Shown: positions 13,002-26,690 of the stretch, piece after piece
How the letters are laid out: each line of letters begins with the position of its first letter
Numbering within the stretch: position 1 is the stretch's first letter
DNA from: Gracilinanus agilis
Taxonomy: Eukaryota
NCBI RefSeq assembly: GCF_016433145.1
Contig: NC_058131.1
Span: forward strand, 650,621,862-650,685,861
Length of the DNA: 64,000 nucleotides
Direction: 5' to 3'
Notes under the pieces: model-generated
The model's input: the letters and a program-made list of their open reading frames with translations, nothing else
Database searches by the model: none
What the model was told of the DNA's origin: nothing
Translations under genes and position numbers: made by a program

Positions 13002-13526
13002 GTAAGAGCCGCTGCAGGTAGGCTGTGCCCTCCAGGGATGCCGAAGTGCTTGGTTCGTGTGTCGCGGAGAGAGAGCGTCAGGTTCGAATGTGGGCGTGCC
13101 TGGGTTGACCTTGGGCGAGGCCCGGGGCCTTCAGGCCTCAGTTTCCCCATATGTAAAATAAGAGGGTGAGGAAAGGGTTGGGGCTGGACTGGAGTCAGCA
13201 AAGCGCTTATAAAATGCCCTCCTTGGCCCTGCGCATACCCGAGGGAAAACAGGTGAAGCAGTGGCTGCCCTCAGGAGGCTTACGTCAGCCAGCTGCGGCT
13301 GCTCCGGCTGAATAAAGCCCGGGTGGAATGTGGTCTCGGACAAGTACCACCTAGAGTTGGCCTTTGTGTCCCCCTTGCCTCGGTTTCCTTATTTGCAGAA
13401 TGAGATTAGTAATAGCAGCTATTATCCAGGCTTGTTGGGAGGATAAAATAAATATTTGTAAAGCTAGCGTTGTATATGCCATCACTACTACTACTTAGGA
13501 ACACAAATTTTACATAAGCGAGGAGA

Positions 13527-13745
13527 CAGTGTGTATATATGTATGTGTGTACATATGTATTTTGGGGTAGATGTGTACTTGTATATTTTATATGTATATG
13601 CACGTGCAGATGTTTTGTATGTGTACATATATGCACGTGTGGATACTTCTATGTGTAGCCATGTATGTAGATGGGTTTGTGTGTGTATGCATGTGTGCAT
13701 GTACATATTTTAGATGTATTGTGGTCATATTTACATATGTGTTTG
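13527..13745. repeat. Degenerate (TG/TA)n microsatellite in CUTC intron 1
   Basis: gtgtgtatatatgtatgtgtgtacatatgtat... repeated. Confidence 0.85.
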
Positions 13746-14243
13746 TTTATAAAACTCACTTCTCTCACTCCCAGTGTGTGTCCTTAAGCAGATCACTTCA
13801 TTTCTCTTGCTAGTTTCCTCATCTGTGAAATGAAGAAAGTTAGACTCCTATCAATAATCAGCCAAGAAGCACTGCCCCCTTACTTATTTTTAAATCCACA
13901 GTGCTTAATACACGCCTAACATATAATAGGTGCTTAATAAACAGTATTTGACTTGAACTGAGAACAGGCCCAATGGGGGAAGTGCTGTCTCCATATAAGT
14001 TAAAAAACATTGTGTATTCTTTTGGAATTCTTTTCTCATACACCAGTTGCCCTACACCTAGTTAGATCTCTGCTTAACAACTGTAAAATACCAGGGTGGG
14101 GGGTAGAGAGGAGGGTTCATCATTTGTGAATGAGGATATTACTGTTCTAAGTAAGCTATTATGATGTTGATTGGGGGTAGTAGAATAAACAGTTGTTGGA
14201 GGACTCTCCTGATAGTTTTTGTTTTTGTACTTGTACCTTCTAG

Positions 14244-14315
14244 AAATGACAGGTGGATTTCTTATGGAAATATGTGTGGATTCAGTGGAATCGGCTATAA
14301 ATGCAGAGAGAGGAG
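14244..14315 (+). CDS. CUTC: CUTC exon 2 (72 nt)
   Basis: MTGGFLMEICVDSVESAINAERG(G) with the CutC EVCVDS motif; TAG/GTAAAA. Confidence 0.97.
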
Positions 14316-15215
14316 GTAAAAGAGGTACAGGGTGGGGGGATATGAAGTATTCTGAACCTTTCTCATGTGCTTGCAAACTGACCTTTGGGGAATCTCTTAT
14401 AATCACAAGTACTAGAAAACTGGGTACCTCTCTGATCCTCAATATCATCATTTGTAAAATGAGCAGTGAGATGATCTAAGATCTAATTCTAAAAATTCTA
14501 TGATTTTGTGATTTGTGAAAAGTAACTGAAAACAAAAGCATCCTAATAAGGGGAGTGTGAAAGCATCATCTGGTTCAACCCCACAATATGAAATTGAGAG
14601 GCAAGAAAATATTTCCATTTCTTTCATTTTACTGAGCAGGAACCTTGGCCTATCTAAACCTAAAAGATGACTTCTGAAATTTGTTGCTATCATATAAAGC
14701 TAACACATTGTATCTCCTACCCCAAGGCCACTTTTGTAAGAGTTGTCTAGTTAAAAGATTTCCAGCATTTCTGTAACAGTCTTCTAGTTCTTTGCCACCT
14801 AATTTCATTTCATCAGCTTGCATTTTCTTATTTTGAGCTCTGGATAGGAGCTAACTCCCCTGTGTCCTGATCTTAGTATAACTTGGAATTACTCAAAATC
14901 ATAGTCTATACTTACTCTTCTGTAAGAAAGACCACAGTGGTTAATCTAGAGACTTATCTCCTATTACTAGGTCTTTCCTCATAGTCTCCTATTGAAATTT
15001 GAGTGGAATATTAACTTTTAGATCCTACTGTGATTGATCTGCTCTAGTTGCAAAATGTAACTGGACCAAGATATAGTTTCTTGTTATGATGATTACTTGA
15101 GTTTCTAGTAGATACATATTTAACCCCCCCCCCCCCCCCACTACAATATGGAACAAAGAAAGGAAGTTTGATTTTGTTTGGAATATCTAATGACCTTTAA
15201 GCTCTTTTATAACAG

Positions 15216-15275
15216 GTGCTGGTCGAATTGAATTGTGTTCTGGTTTGCTCGAGGGAGGAACAACACCCAGCATGG
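15216..15275 (+). CDS. CUTC: CUTC exon 3 (60 nt)
   Basis: AGRIELCSGLLEGGTTPSM(G); CAG/GTGAGT. Confidence 0.98.
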
Positions 15276-16429
15276 GTGAGTGCCCATTCTTCTCAGTAGC
15301 TCCTTAGAGCCCAGAGGAGTTATTGGTACATAACAAATGTTTTTGGGTTTTATTGAATTCATTTTACTGTTGCTATTGCATAATTGAGTTAAGTGTATCA
15401 CCTTGAGTAAGGGTCAGTGGACAAAGGGCTGATCTTGCAGTCTGGAAGACTCAGTCATGTCCCACCTTTGGCACATACCAGCTGTCTGACATGGGACAGG
15501 TCACATTAACCCCTTGATATTGGTTGGTAAAGAAAGTGCCAATCTGCATTGGTAGAGGAAGCTCCTTGCTGGAGCCCTTCTTCAATGAAATTACAGAACC
15601 AGTCCAAACCCCCCTCCCCACAAAAAAAGAACAAGAGGTTTTGGATTTGACCAGTGTGTGTGTGTAACCTTAGTACCTTTCTATCTGTGCTCAAATAATT
15701 TCATTTCCCAAGGCCTTGGTTTCCTCACATGTAAAGTGAGGGTGCTAGACTAGATGATTTCTGTGGTCCTTTACAGCTCTAAATCTCCATTCCTCCCTTA
15801 GCTAGCTCCTACTGTTTCTTCTCTGTGTATCTCCATTTCTAGATCTTTGCACGGCTACTCAAAACAGAAATTTTTTTCTTTTATTAGAGGAAGGAACTTT
15901 CATTCAGAGGAACTAAGCAATTTGCATTTGTACATTTTGAGAACACAGAACTTAGACCATTAGAGTTGGTTTTAAATAGTGTTTCAGGGGACTCGGGAGG
16001 AAAAGCTTGAATCTCAGTGATCCACTGGCAGAACTTGGAGACTTGTAGTGGTTAGATCATTAGGTGTCACCTACCAGTAAAAGAACAGAATATATTGTGC
16101 AAGATTCTACAAGAAGTTTTTTTGGAGCCTTGACTGACAAGTACTTGAAAGATTTCAGTGTCATTCTTTGCTGGTTTCTAAAATTACAGTTGTTGTCTAT
16201 TACTCAGCCATAGCTTCTTGTGCATTTTTCCATTTTTTTCTCCCTTCCCACCCTCTATTTACATTTCTTTTGGCCTTGGCAGTTTGCTTTTCCTTTTCTG
16301 TTGGAGGTGGTGACATTAAGGAGCAGGTTGAAGAAGCCAGAAATATTCTTGCATTATGTTTATCTCTTAAGAGTTAAGAGTTTATTGCCCCTGCTTGGCT
16401 TTTTATCTTTTTACTGTGCATTCTTGTAG

Positions 16430-16639
16430 GTATGCTACAAGTAGTTAAGCAATGTGTCCAGATCCCTGTCTTTGTGATGATCCGGCCACGTGGAGGGGAT
16501 TTCTTATATTCAGACCGTGAAGTAGAGGTCATGAAAGCAGACATCCGTCTTGCCAAGCTTTATGGAGCTGACGGGTTGGCATTAGGGGCATTGACTGAAG
16601 ATGGACATGTTGACACCGAGCTCTGCATGGCACTTTTAT
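16430..16639 (+). CDS. CUTC: CUTC exon 4 (210 nt)
   Basis: MLQVVKQCVQIPVFVMIRPRGGDFLYSDREVEVMKADIRLAKLYGADGLALGALTEDGHVDTELCMALL(S); TAG/GTAAGG. Confidence 0.98.
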
Positions 16640-18113
16640 GTAAGGACTTAAAGCTGAAATGGAAACACCTCTTAATTACCAACAATGTGATTATATCCAT
16701 ATGTATTCAATGTGGAAAGACTACTTGATTACATACCTATTTTTTCTAGTCATCTTTGCCTGTATCAGTAGCCAGGTCATTTCTTAAAGATGGTGCTTAG
16801 AGTAGGGAAGAGCCATTAAAGACCACAGATAGAAGTATGTAAAAGGTAGAATAAACTTGGTTGTCTAGTTTGACTTCACTTGAAGAAAATTTCATTAATT
16901 TCTATTTGTAACTCCTTGCTACAATATTTGATGAAAGGCCATTGTCAGGCAACCCATTAGTACCATTCAAATGCAACTTAAATATCCAAAAACTTTGAAA
17001 GAGGCTACTTTACAACCTATTGGAAATACTGATAAGGAATTCAAGTTTTGATAATTTTGCTTCAATGACTTTGAAGTGTCATTTTCACTTGAACACGAGT
17101 TTGTTCATTTGGTTTGTCTCCAGTCAGTGTTAATAGTCCTAATGATTTTGAATGGTCTTAAATGTTTTTAAAATTTGCACAGATTTCTATATGTGACCAT
17201 TAAAACATACATTAAAGTGTATATGCAGAAACTGCTCCATTTGTAAATGGACTGTTTCAGCCGCAGTATTGTTATTCAAGACCTACTTAAGTAGAAAGAA
17301 AAAAATTGATAATGACTTCGAAGATAGCAAAGTTACTACAAGCATTTGTTGATATTATTTCCATTTCTCTCCCAGTACCTAGTACAATGCCCTACTTGAA
17401 TTAAAATTGAATTGTCAGAAGAATCATGGCAGGAAAATGTTAAGGAATGGTTTGGGGGATGGGAAAAGGAGAAGCTAAGAGCAATGTTTTAAACTGTTTT
17501 AAATATGAGTTCACTATTTCTTTGATATTGTTGCCACAACTAGGGTAACTGTGGAGTCTGAGAGAGGTTCCTCATGACTTTTTTTTTCCTGTTCTATTAA
17601 AATGAATGTTAAACTGTGTGATAGTGTATATGTCAGGGTGGGAGAGGTAGGTAGGAAAGAAGGGACTTCTGTATTTCCAGATCAGAGTACAGTATACTTG
17701 TTGAAAATAGGATAGATCATAAAGGGAAAGTAGCAGCCTCAACACTGAGTTTACAGAGTTGCCAGGCTTTGATAAACAGTTATTTGTTTGAAAATAGTAG
17801 ATTAAGGAAAGGTGCTGGGTTTTTTTTTTGTATTTCATTCTATCATTCCCTTGGTCATCTATTTATTGAGTACTCAGATAATATTAGGCATTGTGTTTTG
17901 GGGAAAAGAAAGAAAAACAGCCTTGGTGAGCTTATAGTTTAATAAAATTTGTGACTTACTTTTGATTTTCAGTTTACCATTTCTTTGCCTCATAGAAGGC
18001 AAAAAGAGATTTTGAAAATGGGAAATTAAAACCTGTGGCAATATAGATTATTTTCTGAATAGTAAACAGTGAAGTTTGCCTCATGTATTTATCATATGAT
18101 TTTCTTTTTACAG

Positions 18114-18149
18114 CTACTTGCCGTCCCCTGCCAGTCACATTCCACCGAG
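18114..18149 (+). CDS. CUTC: CUTC exon 5 (36 nt)
   Basis: TCRPLPVTFHR(A); CAG/GTAAGT. Confidence 0.96.
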
Positions 18150-18729
18150 GTAAGTCAGGTATTGGAAGTTCTAATGAAACAGACTAGCTTGTACTATGCC
18201 CAAAACTAAAACTACAGAGTATTGCACTGTTGCCAATTGGTTTCTTGAAACTGATAAAAATCATAGATTTAGATATGTAAAATTTTGAGAAATGTTGTTG
18301 GGAGAGAGGTGTTTTATTGTGTGGAATTTGAAGGGAAGAGAAAATGAAATCAATATGCATACATACATACATATATATACATATACACACACATTCTACA
18401 TTTATAGACAATTTTTCACACTCTTAGGCCTAGTCATTTGTTGTTTTGTTAGCATTGAAATATATAATTTCTCATGAAATTGTCATCTTGGGCATAGTTA
18501 AAAGTGTGAAACTCATGAAAAAAAGAAAAAATGGAAACTTCTTTCCTTCTTTTTTATGAGTTTTTAATTTCTCTATTCAGTTTCCTATATGGACTTAGTC
18601 AAAAAATTAATTAGAGAAGTGATAATTCAGGCCAGGGAAGAAATTTATTTCCTGAAAAATTGATAAATTTTGGATCATTAGATTTTTTTTCATTATTATG
18701 TGTAAAACATTTCTTGTTTGTGCATTACC

Positions 18730-18911
18730 TTTTTTTTAACCCTTACTTTCTGTCTTAGAATCAATAATAAGTATTGTTTTTAAGGCAGAAGTGGTAAGGA
18801 TTAAGTGACTTCCTCAAGGTAACACAGCTAAGAAGTGTATCAAGCCAGATTTGAACCCTGAACCTTTTGTCTTCAGGTTTGGCACTATCTACTGTACCAC
18901 CTAACTGTCCC
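18730..18911 (-). mobile_element. CORE SINE
   Basis: Poly-T then reverse-complement SINE body with gatttgaaccc. Confidence 0.8.
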
Positions 18912-19010
18912 TCGTGCATTGCTTTTATTTGCCCAAAATTATTTTTAGGACTACGCAATAAGATTTTAACATAATATAATTTCTTTTTTTTCTTTCTTTA
19001 AAAAAAAACA

Positions 19011-19223
19011 TTATTTTCCATCTTAGAATCAGTATTAATACTACTACTAATAATAATCAATACCAAGTATCGGTTCCAAGGCATAAGAGTGATAAGGGCT
19101 AGGCAATGAGGATTAAGTAACTTGCCCAAGGTCACACAGCTAGGCAGTGTCTGAGGCCAGATTTGAACCTAGGACCTCTGATCTCTAGCCTGGCTCTCAG
19201 TCCACTGAGCCACCTAACTGCCC
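19011..19223 (-). mobile_element. CORE SINE
   Basis: Reverse-complement SINE ending ..gagccacctaactgccc. Confidence 0.85.
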
Positions 19224-20459
19224 TCATCATCTCTTTTCAATTATGTTATTGTATTAGGATGTTCCAAAAGTCTTTTGGGGACACTGTAATTCTCAACACC
19301 AACAGTACAGCACAGCTTTCAAATGTATGATTTTGATCATTTATGCTTCCAGAGAATTGCTATTTTCACTAGAGAGCTCTTGAGCCTTCTTTCCTTAAGA
19401 TCTTCATTGACTTTCAGTCTGTATATTGATGGGTATATGTCTACTTTAGAGATGAGGCCTTGAAAACCTGGGAATGTAGCCTATATCAACATTTACACAC
19501 ACACATAATATATAGAACATATATACCCATTTATTCTTTTTTTAAAAGAATTTCTTCATTTTGTGTAGATGTTTCTGTTACCTTCATTTCTAAATATGTA
19601 TATATCCACTATAGACCACAGACTCTTGTTCTTGATAGAATGAGTCAGCACTTCTAGTGTTTATTGTATAAATAAACTGTATTTCAAAATTTAACATGTA
19701 AAATATGAAAGTTTCATAGCAGATATATAGAAAACATTATTTTTGTTCCCCAAAAGGGAGGGATGTGCTTTAGATTTGTCAAGCTGTCTTTTGTGTATGT
19801 TATATATAAGGTATTTCATTCTGGCCATTCCAAGGAAAATATTGCTTTTGGAACTTTTCCCCATGGCTTTCATGTTTCTGAAAATTTTATATTTCTGGAG
19901 AGATCCTCTCTAGGGCTCCACAAATTTGGTTTTCATTCCAGTAGTAGGGTGGTAAGTAGTGGGACACTACTAGGGAAAAAAGCTCAATAACCAATATAAT
20001 ATATCGTAAATTAAATTAGACTGGTGGAGATCTCTTGACTGTGTTACTTGGATCCCTGGCTCAGCCAGCATGCTTTCTTACTTCATGGCTTCTAAAGCAG
20101 TGGCATCATTTGGACTGAGGGCAAAGGCAAAGACAACTTTTTCTCCAAGAGGCTCCTATTGTCTTTTGCCTCTTTCAGATTGTTGATATAGGTTGTGTAA
20201 GTGGAGTTAAGTGCTTACACAAGGTAGAGGGAGGGAATCTCAGAGAGTGGGATAAAATCTGATGCATAAAAATGATATTTAAATGCCCTATTCTGTCATT
20301 ATATTGTGAACTTTTTGTATAGGATATTTTATAGGATATTAGTTTATATGATGTTCCTTTCTGGAAATGATGAATTTTATTCAACTCTGTAATTAGAATA
20401 CTGTTTCCCAGGTGCTGAAGGGTTTTTGATCAAAATACAAATTGTTTTATGTATTTCAG

Positions 20460-20593
20460 CCTTTGATATGGTTCAGAACCCAGAGGTGGCTTTGGAAACC
20501 CTTTTGACCTTGGGATTTGACCGTGTGTTGACCAGTGGATGTGACAGCTCAGCACTAGAAGGATTGCCTATGATAAAGCAACTTGTAGAACAG
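20460..20593 (+). CDS. CUTC: CUTC exon 6 (134 nt)
   Basis: FDMVQNPEVALETLLTLGFDRVLTSGCDSSALEGLPMIKQLVEQ; CAG/GTATGC. Confidence 0.98.
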
Positions 20594-20619
20594 GTATGCA
20601 ACCTTTTATATATAGAGAA

Positions 20620-20795
20620 AGAAGCTAGATAGCACAGTATATAGAGTGCCAGACCTGGTATCTGGAGGGCCTGGGTTCAAATTTGGCCTCAAACACTCCT
20701 ACCTGTGTGACCTTGGGCAAGTCACTTAACCCCAATTGCCTAGCTCTTGCTGCTTTTCTGTTTTAGAATTCGTTCTAGGACAAAAGATAAGAGTT
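20620..20795 (+). mobile_element. CORE SINE just downstream of CUTC exon 6
   Basis: ggttcaaatttggcctc..tgtgtgaccttgggcaagtcacttaacccc. Confidence 0.8.
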
Positions 20796-22344
20796 TCCAC
20801 ACTTAATTATAAAGAGAGGAAAAGCATGGTTTGGGTTACTTTGGACACTGCTTTTCAGAAGAAACCCTGTGTCATTGTTTTACGTGTTATTTGTCATTCT
20901 TGCTACTAGGGAAAAAAAGGCAAGGAGGAAGGTAGATATTATTACCTTTGCATGACTAAGGAATCAAATTTAATTACAATTAGCATAGCAAATTTACCTT
21001 CTCTGCCACCCAGTATAATTCTAGGCTATCTCTTCCTCTCTGCTCTTTGTGTGCCTAGGAAATCCAAACTGATTTCATTGTTAACCTAAGAAAATATAAT
21101 ATTAGAAGGTAAATTCTACAGTAAAATCCTTCACTCTACACCCCATCATACTACATTCTAAGACCAGTATTATGTCCTTAATATTCCATTATCTTTTCTA
21201 CTTCAAATCTTTCACCACCCACCTCCACCCCTATCCCACTTTTGAGAAGAAAATATAGCATTTTTCTCCCTCTATGATTTATCCTTCCCAAACTACCATC
21301 AGAAAAAAACAGATAAAAAATTGAAAATTGTACTTTTTTAAGATTAGACCAGTGTAATATTGATTTAGTATTCCTTTGGCCTAACATAAATAAGTGAAAA
21401 TAACTTAGTTTTCACTTTTCTGTAGCTGTAAAAATAATTTTAAAAATTCTTTCATGAGAATTCCTTCATAATTTGATTGTGCCAATCTAAAATAAACCAC
21501 TTTTGTTGTAACCTGTTTGTTCATCAAAAGTGTCAGTATTATCAGAATAATAGTAATAGCTGCCTTATGTAGCACATCATAACATTATCTCATTTGAGCC
21601 TTATAATAGTTTTGTAAAATAAGATAAGATACTATTCTTGCACTTTTATATTCTGGTTATGATTGTAGAAATATGGGATAATATTCAAGAAAGGAGCCAG
21701 AAGCAAAATCCATGGCCCCAAGTAGACAAATATCCAAAGTACAGGTAACAAGTAGGGCAAATTGTCAGTTATAATGCAGGAAGGCAAATTTGACCTATTA
21801 GTTATTACTGAAATTTGATGACTAAATTCATGCCTGAAAAAGCACATCTTATTTAAAAAAAAAACAAACAAACCAGGATAGGTCGAAGGAAGTGGAGTAG
21901 CTTTATATATTAGGAAGATAAACTCATGAAGAAATTAGGAGATAGAAAGGAGATGAATGGTGGAGATCAATGGATGTGAAAATAGATGTGATTGTAGTCT
22001 ACTATAGACCACATATACAGAAGAAATCATTGAGAAGTTCAGGAAATACATTACAGACTGGTATAAGAGTGTGACAATATTCTGCTGGTGCTCTCTTTTA
22101 ACTTGCCTTAATGATAAATTCCTCCATCAAAAAGTGAAAGAACCTAAAATGGGGAATTCTATCCTGGACCTGATATTTGACAATAGAAAGAATCTGGTTG
22201 TTGGACAGGAAATAATGAGAAAGTCATGTAGAATTCTGCATTTGTGGTAGTAAAAAGGAAGAAATCTAGAGGTAGTCTAATATGATAGGTCTTCATAGAA
22301 AACTTGGAGAAAGAATAGGTGAGGCCTTCGTGGAATAAAATTCT

Positions 22345-22810
22345 TTTTAATACTTTTTTAATTTATTTAGAATATTTTTTCGTGGTTACATGACCCCATG
22401 ATTCCCCCCCCCCATCCTCCCTCCTCCCAGAACTGACAAGCAACCCCCATTGAGTTATACGTGTATCATTCTTCAAAATCTATTTCCATGTCATTCATAT
22501 TTTCAGTAGAGTGATCTTTAATATCAAAACCCTAATATCCCCATCGAACTATGTGATTGATCATATGTTTTTCTTCTTCATTTCTGCTCCCACAATTCTT
22601 TCTCTGGATATGGATAGCATTCTTTCTCATAAGTCCCTCAGAATTGTCCTGAGTCATTGCATTGCTGCTAGTAGAGCAGTCCATTACATTCAATTGTGCC
22701 ACGGTGTATCCATCTCTGTGTATAGTGTTCTGGTTCTCTCCTTTCACTCTGCATCAATTCCTGGAGGTCTTTCCAGTTCACATAGAAATCCTCCAGTTCA
22801 TTCATGGAAT
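22345..22810 (-). mobile_element. L1 3' end fragment
   Basis: T-rich start, then reverse complement of marsupial L1 ORF2 end and 3'UTR (ttctctggatatggatagcat, cactctgcatcaattcctggagg). Confidence 0.85.
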
Positions 22811-22829
22811 AAAATTCTGTAGGTGAAAT

Positions 22830-23790
22830 CAGCCCAGGAGGCATGAAAAGTTCTCAGAAAGGAAAAGGGGGAGTTGTACAAAGAGATTGTGAGGGATGTA
22901 TAGGGAACTGGAAATAATAGAGAGCCAGTGAAGTCTGTTGAGTAAGGATGGTGGGAAGAAGAGTGGAGTGAAATAGTATTGTCATACCTGTGTTTTAAGT
23001 AAGATAATTCTGAAAGCTAAGGGAGAGATGGATTGGAGCAGGAAAAGATGAGGCAGTGAGACTAACTAGAAGGCTATTATAATAGTATAGGCGTGAGATG
23101 ATGACAGCTGAGATGTTGTACAAGCAGAAGCCACAGAACTTGGCAACAAATTAGGTATATGGAATGAGTGAGAATGAAGAAATGAGGATGATGCTAAGCT
23201 TGGGAGTCTGAATGACTTGGAAAATGTCAGTGCCTTTCACAGTAATAAGGAAATTTAGAAGAGGGGAGTATTTAGGGCGAAAGGCAGAGTTCAGTTCTGA
23301 ACATAAGGAATTTGTAATGTTGAAATCTGCTAGTATGAAGGCAGGTGTTGAAATGGAAAGGAAGGCTGCGAGTCAGGGACTGAACTCATTGAGAAAGAAG
23401 TGGAATGTCTAGGGGTTGACAGATGATGGCCACCTGAATCCTGTTTTGGTGATAAATTAAGACTGATTGCATCTCAGAGGAGGCCTTTGAGTAATGATGA
23501 GAGGAAACTCTGAAAGTGACAAAAAATCATCAAACTGTTATTATCAGGATGAGTCTCAGAACCAGAAGATGGAGGGAAGAGGAAAGGAAATGGCTTCAAA
23601 TGAAAGCAAGTTTTTTTTTAAAAACTAGGCATTCCCTAGCACAGTAGAAGAGGTGGGCAGCTTTAGAGTGAGACTTGGGGGAATTGGGTGAAGAAGTAGT
23701 GTTCTGTTGAGGGGAATGGGAGTAAGAGAGTGAATAGGAGAATGTGGATTCTCCATACTTGACCATGTTCCCTGATCCCACTTTTTACTC
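22830..23790 (-). mobile_element. L2 LINE remnant
   Basis: Purine-rich decayed L2-type text (gagagatggattggagcagg, aggctattataatagt, gagatgatgacag). Confidence 0.55.
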
Positions 23791-23994
23791 TCTTTTACAT
23801 GTTGTCTTCCCTAATTACGATGTAAACTCCTTGAGGGCAGGCACTGTCTTTTTGCTTGTACTTGTGTTCCAGCACATTGCCTAGCAGAGAAAAAATGCTT
23901 AATGAGTGTTTGTTGTCTGCCTGCCTGCAGAGTATTACTGCTGGAAAGAGATCGTTTGGGTGAGGCAAAATACATCAAGAGGTACGGCAGCAAG

Positions 23995-24400
23995 GACATA
24001 ATAGATCATAGTTCTCTTGTATCTTGGTCAGACCACATGTAGAGAATTGGGTTTGATTTCCAGTCCCACGTTTTAGTTATGCTATAATTGTCTAGGGATA
24101 TGTAGAGGAGGACAGATCAGAAGTTGAAAGACCTTGAGATCATGCCAGATCAGGATCAGTTGAAAGAGCTGGAATTGTTTAACCTGGAAATGGGAACACT
24201 TAGTGGGTGTGATACCTGTCTTTAGGTGTTTGAAGGGCTATTGTGTGAGGCCTTAAACTTGCTCTCTTTTGCTCCAGATGGCAGAATAAGGAGCCATGAG
24301 TGATAGTTGCAGAGAGGCAGCTTTAGGCTGATAAAATGAAAAACTTCGTAACAAATTAGACTTGTCCACAAGTACAGTAAACTGCCTCAGGATGCTGTTT
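23995..24400 (+). mobile_element. CR1/L3 3' fragment
   Basis: tcttggtcagaccacatgtagag..tttccagtcccacgtttt..gagctggaattgtttaacctgga, typical CR1 ORF2 end. Confidence 0.6.
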
Positions 24401-24624
24401 TTCCAAAGACATTGTTGCTCTCAGGTTGTGGTGCTCTTTGGTTCAGAGTGTCATAGAAGAGATTCTTCTTACTCAGTCTCTGGTGAAACTAGAGAACCTT
24501 AGAGGCCCCTGACAGCTGTGATTCTTAGCTTCCAGGGGATTAATTTGGTTGACTGGAGCAATTGTAGAATAAGCTATTTTGGGGGTTTTGCGCATGGTGG
24601 GGTTTTTTAATTTTTTCCTCAGTT

Positions 24625-25100
24625 GCAATTCAGAAACAATTTTTACCCTTCATTTTCTGACATTTTGTGACCTAAATTCTCCCCCTACCCCCCAAGGTAC
24701 CAATCAGTATATGTTAATACATGTGCTATCATGCAATACATATTTCCTTATTTGTCATGTGAAAGACATACATTGCACTTTCAAGAAAAAACTCACAAAG
24801 GAAGTGAAGTGAAAAATGGAATACTTTGATCTGTGTTCAGACTCCATCAGTTCCTTCTATGGCAGTGCCTTTTTCATCATGAGTCTACTGGGGTTGCCTT
24901 GGATTCTTGCATTGTTGATAATAAAGTCATTCACAATTAATCATTGTACATTATTGTTGTTACTATGTACAATGTTCTCCTTTGCATCAATTCATATTTG
25001 TCTTTCCAGGTTTTTATGAAATTTGTCTTGTTTGTCATTTCTTATGGCACAACAATATTCTGTTAAAATCATATACCACAACTTGTTCAGCTATAAAATG
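24625..25100 (-). mobile_element. L1 3'UTR remnant
   Basis: atttccttatttgtcatg..tgatctgtgttcagactccatcagttc..atcatataccacaacttgttcagc pattern. Confidence 0.65.
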
Positions 25101-25159
25101 TGCTGTTGTAAAGAGTATTTCCTCTTTCTACATCTCCAAAACTCTGTATGATTGACCCT

Positions 25160-25381
25160 TTGTTTTTGTTGTTGTTGTTGTTTTTTTAAAACCTTTACCT
25201 TCCATCTTAGAATCAATACTGTGTATTGGTTCCAAGACAGAAGACTGGTAAGGGCTAGGAAATGGGACTTAAGTGACTTGCCCAGGATCACACAGCTAGG
25301 AAATATCTGAGGTCAGATTTGAACTTGGAGCTCCTGTTTCTAGTCCTAGCTCTCAATCCACTGAGCCACCTAGCTGCTCCC
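25160..25381 (-). mobile_element. CORE SINE
   Basis: (GTT)n/T tail, ccatcttagaatcaatactgtgtattggttccaag body, head at 25381. Confidence 0.85.
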
Positions 25382-26019
25382 TGACTCTTTGTAAACAATA
25401 AAACATTTTTATTTTAACCATTTTAAAAGGAATTCTTCCTAAAATGTAATCTTTTTTTTTTCTTTAGTAAGTAGGGAAGAACAGGTCAGATGTAAATTTA
25501 CCTTGTTTTTTTTAGCACTTCTATGGGTCTATCACCAGTTATAATCCAACTCTACTTTCTCATCCTCTGTCGCTCTTCTTGGCCCTTCAAAAGGAATTCA
25601 CCCAACAATTTAGTGCCCTTCCATTAGTTACCACTTGGATGTCACTGAAGCAAGCACACTGTCAGTTTGCTATCCCTTGGCTTTGCTCTGCTTTATTAAT
25701 AGCTCTTCCTTTTCTAGCTAGGCCTCCCTTGGGTAACATCTTTTCTGCTACTTCCTGCATATATCAGCATTGGTAATATACTGTAGCCTAATAACATCTA
25801 TATCTCCTTCCATTTCATTTGAGTGACCAGAATTATTTAGAAATTGTGATATTCATTGTTTTTCTACCATCACTATTTAATCATTAGATAATGTGAAAGT
25901 TAAAAACGAGTTTTCATTTTGGGGAGAAACTTGAAGTTATTGAAAGCACTGTCCAGCATTCCAGATACAGTCTAAGCCCTTGACTTTTGTGGATACAATT
26001 TTAGGCCAAACTCTTAAGT

Positions 26020-26690
26020 AAAACATGTTCTTAGGAAAGTAGATACAGAGTAGATACAAAATAACTTTTAGAGGGAGAAAGTACTGTCAACTGGAGGATC
26101 AGGAAAGGACTTGGGGAGGAGATAGCAGCTGAGTTGGACTTGGAGGGAAGCTCTGGTGTCTAAGAGGGGAGGTAAGGAGAGGATACCATTTGTGCTAAGG
26201 CTCGTGGGTTCAAGGAGGAATTTTGGATGTGGGCCAGTTTGACCAGAATAGAGAGCACCTGACAGGGAATAGCACAAAATTAGAAAAGCAGGTGGTAATC
26301 AGATTGTCCAGGGTTTTAAATGCTAGTCTGAGGATTTTTGTATTTTATCATAGACTTTGAAACATAAATTAATTGGCAAGGTGGAAAGACTGAAAAGAGA
26401 GAGAAATGAGTAAGCTACTGTAATAGTTTAAGTGAGAGATTAATGAAGACCCCAACTAGAGTAGAAGTTGTGTATGTGAAACAATAGTTAATGAAAAATT
26501 GATAACCCTTGGCATCTGGTTGGACATGGGGTGGGAGCATTAAAGTGAGAAAGGAAGAGTTGGGAGTGAACCTGGTTTATTGGGAGAATGATGGTGTCCT
26601 CAGTGGAAATAGGGAACTTTGGAGGAGGCATGGTTTTGGGGAGGGCATGATATATGAGTTCTCTATAAAATGAATCAGTCCTGATAGACC
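26020..26690 (-). mobile_element. L2 LINE remnant
   Basis: Decayed L2-type purine-rich sequence (agctgagttggacttggaggg, gatggtgtcctcagtggaaatagggaac). Confidence 0.55.

Larger units (their letters stand above)
12440..13350. promoter_or_regulatory. CpG island and bidirectional COX15-CUTC promoter
   Basis: Dense CpG between divergent ATGs at 12588(-) and 12941(+). ETS/GABP cacttccgg 12693-12701, NRF1-like gcgcctgcgc 12795-12804, GC box ggggcgg ~12877. Confidence 0.9.

Noticed and set aside
12262-13343. Long ORFs (108-157 aa) overlapping the COX15/CUTC CpG island as separate genes
   Set aside because: They are explained by exon 1 read-through and stop-codon scarcity in GC-rich DNA, and no domain is recognisable.
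13406-13813. Overlapping His/Tyr/Cys/Val-rich ORFs (also 1979-2212)
   Set aside because: These are translations of TG/TA/CA microsatellites.
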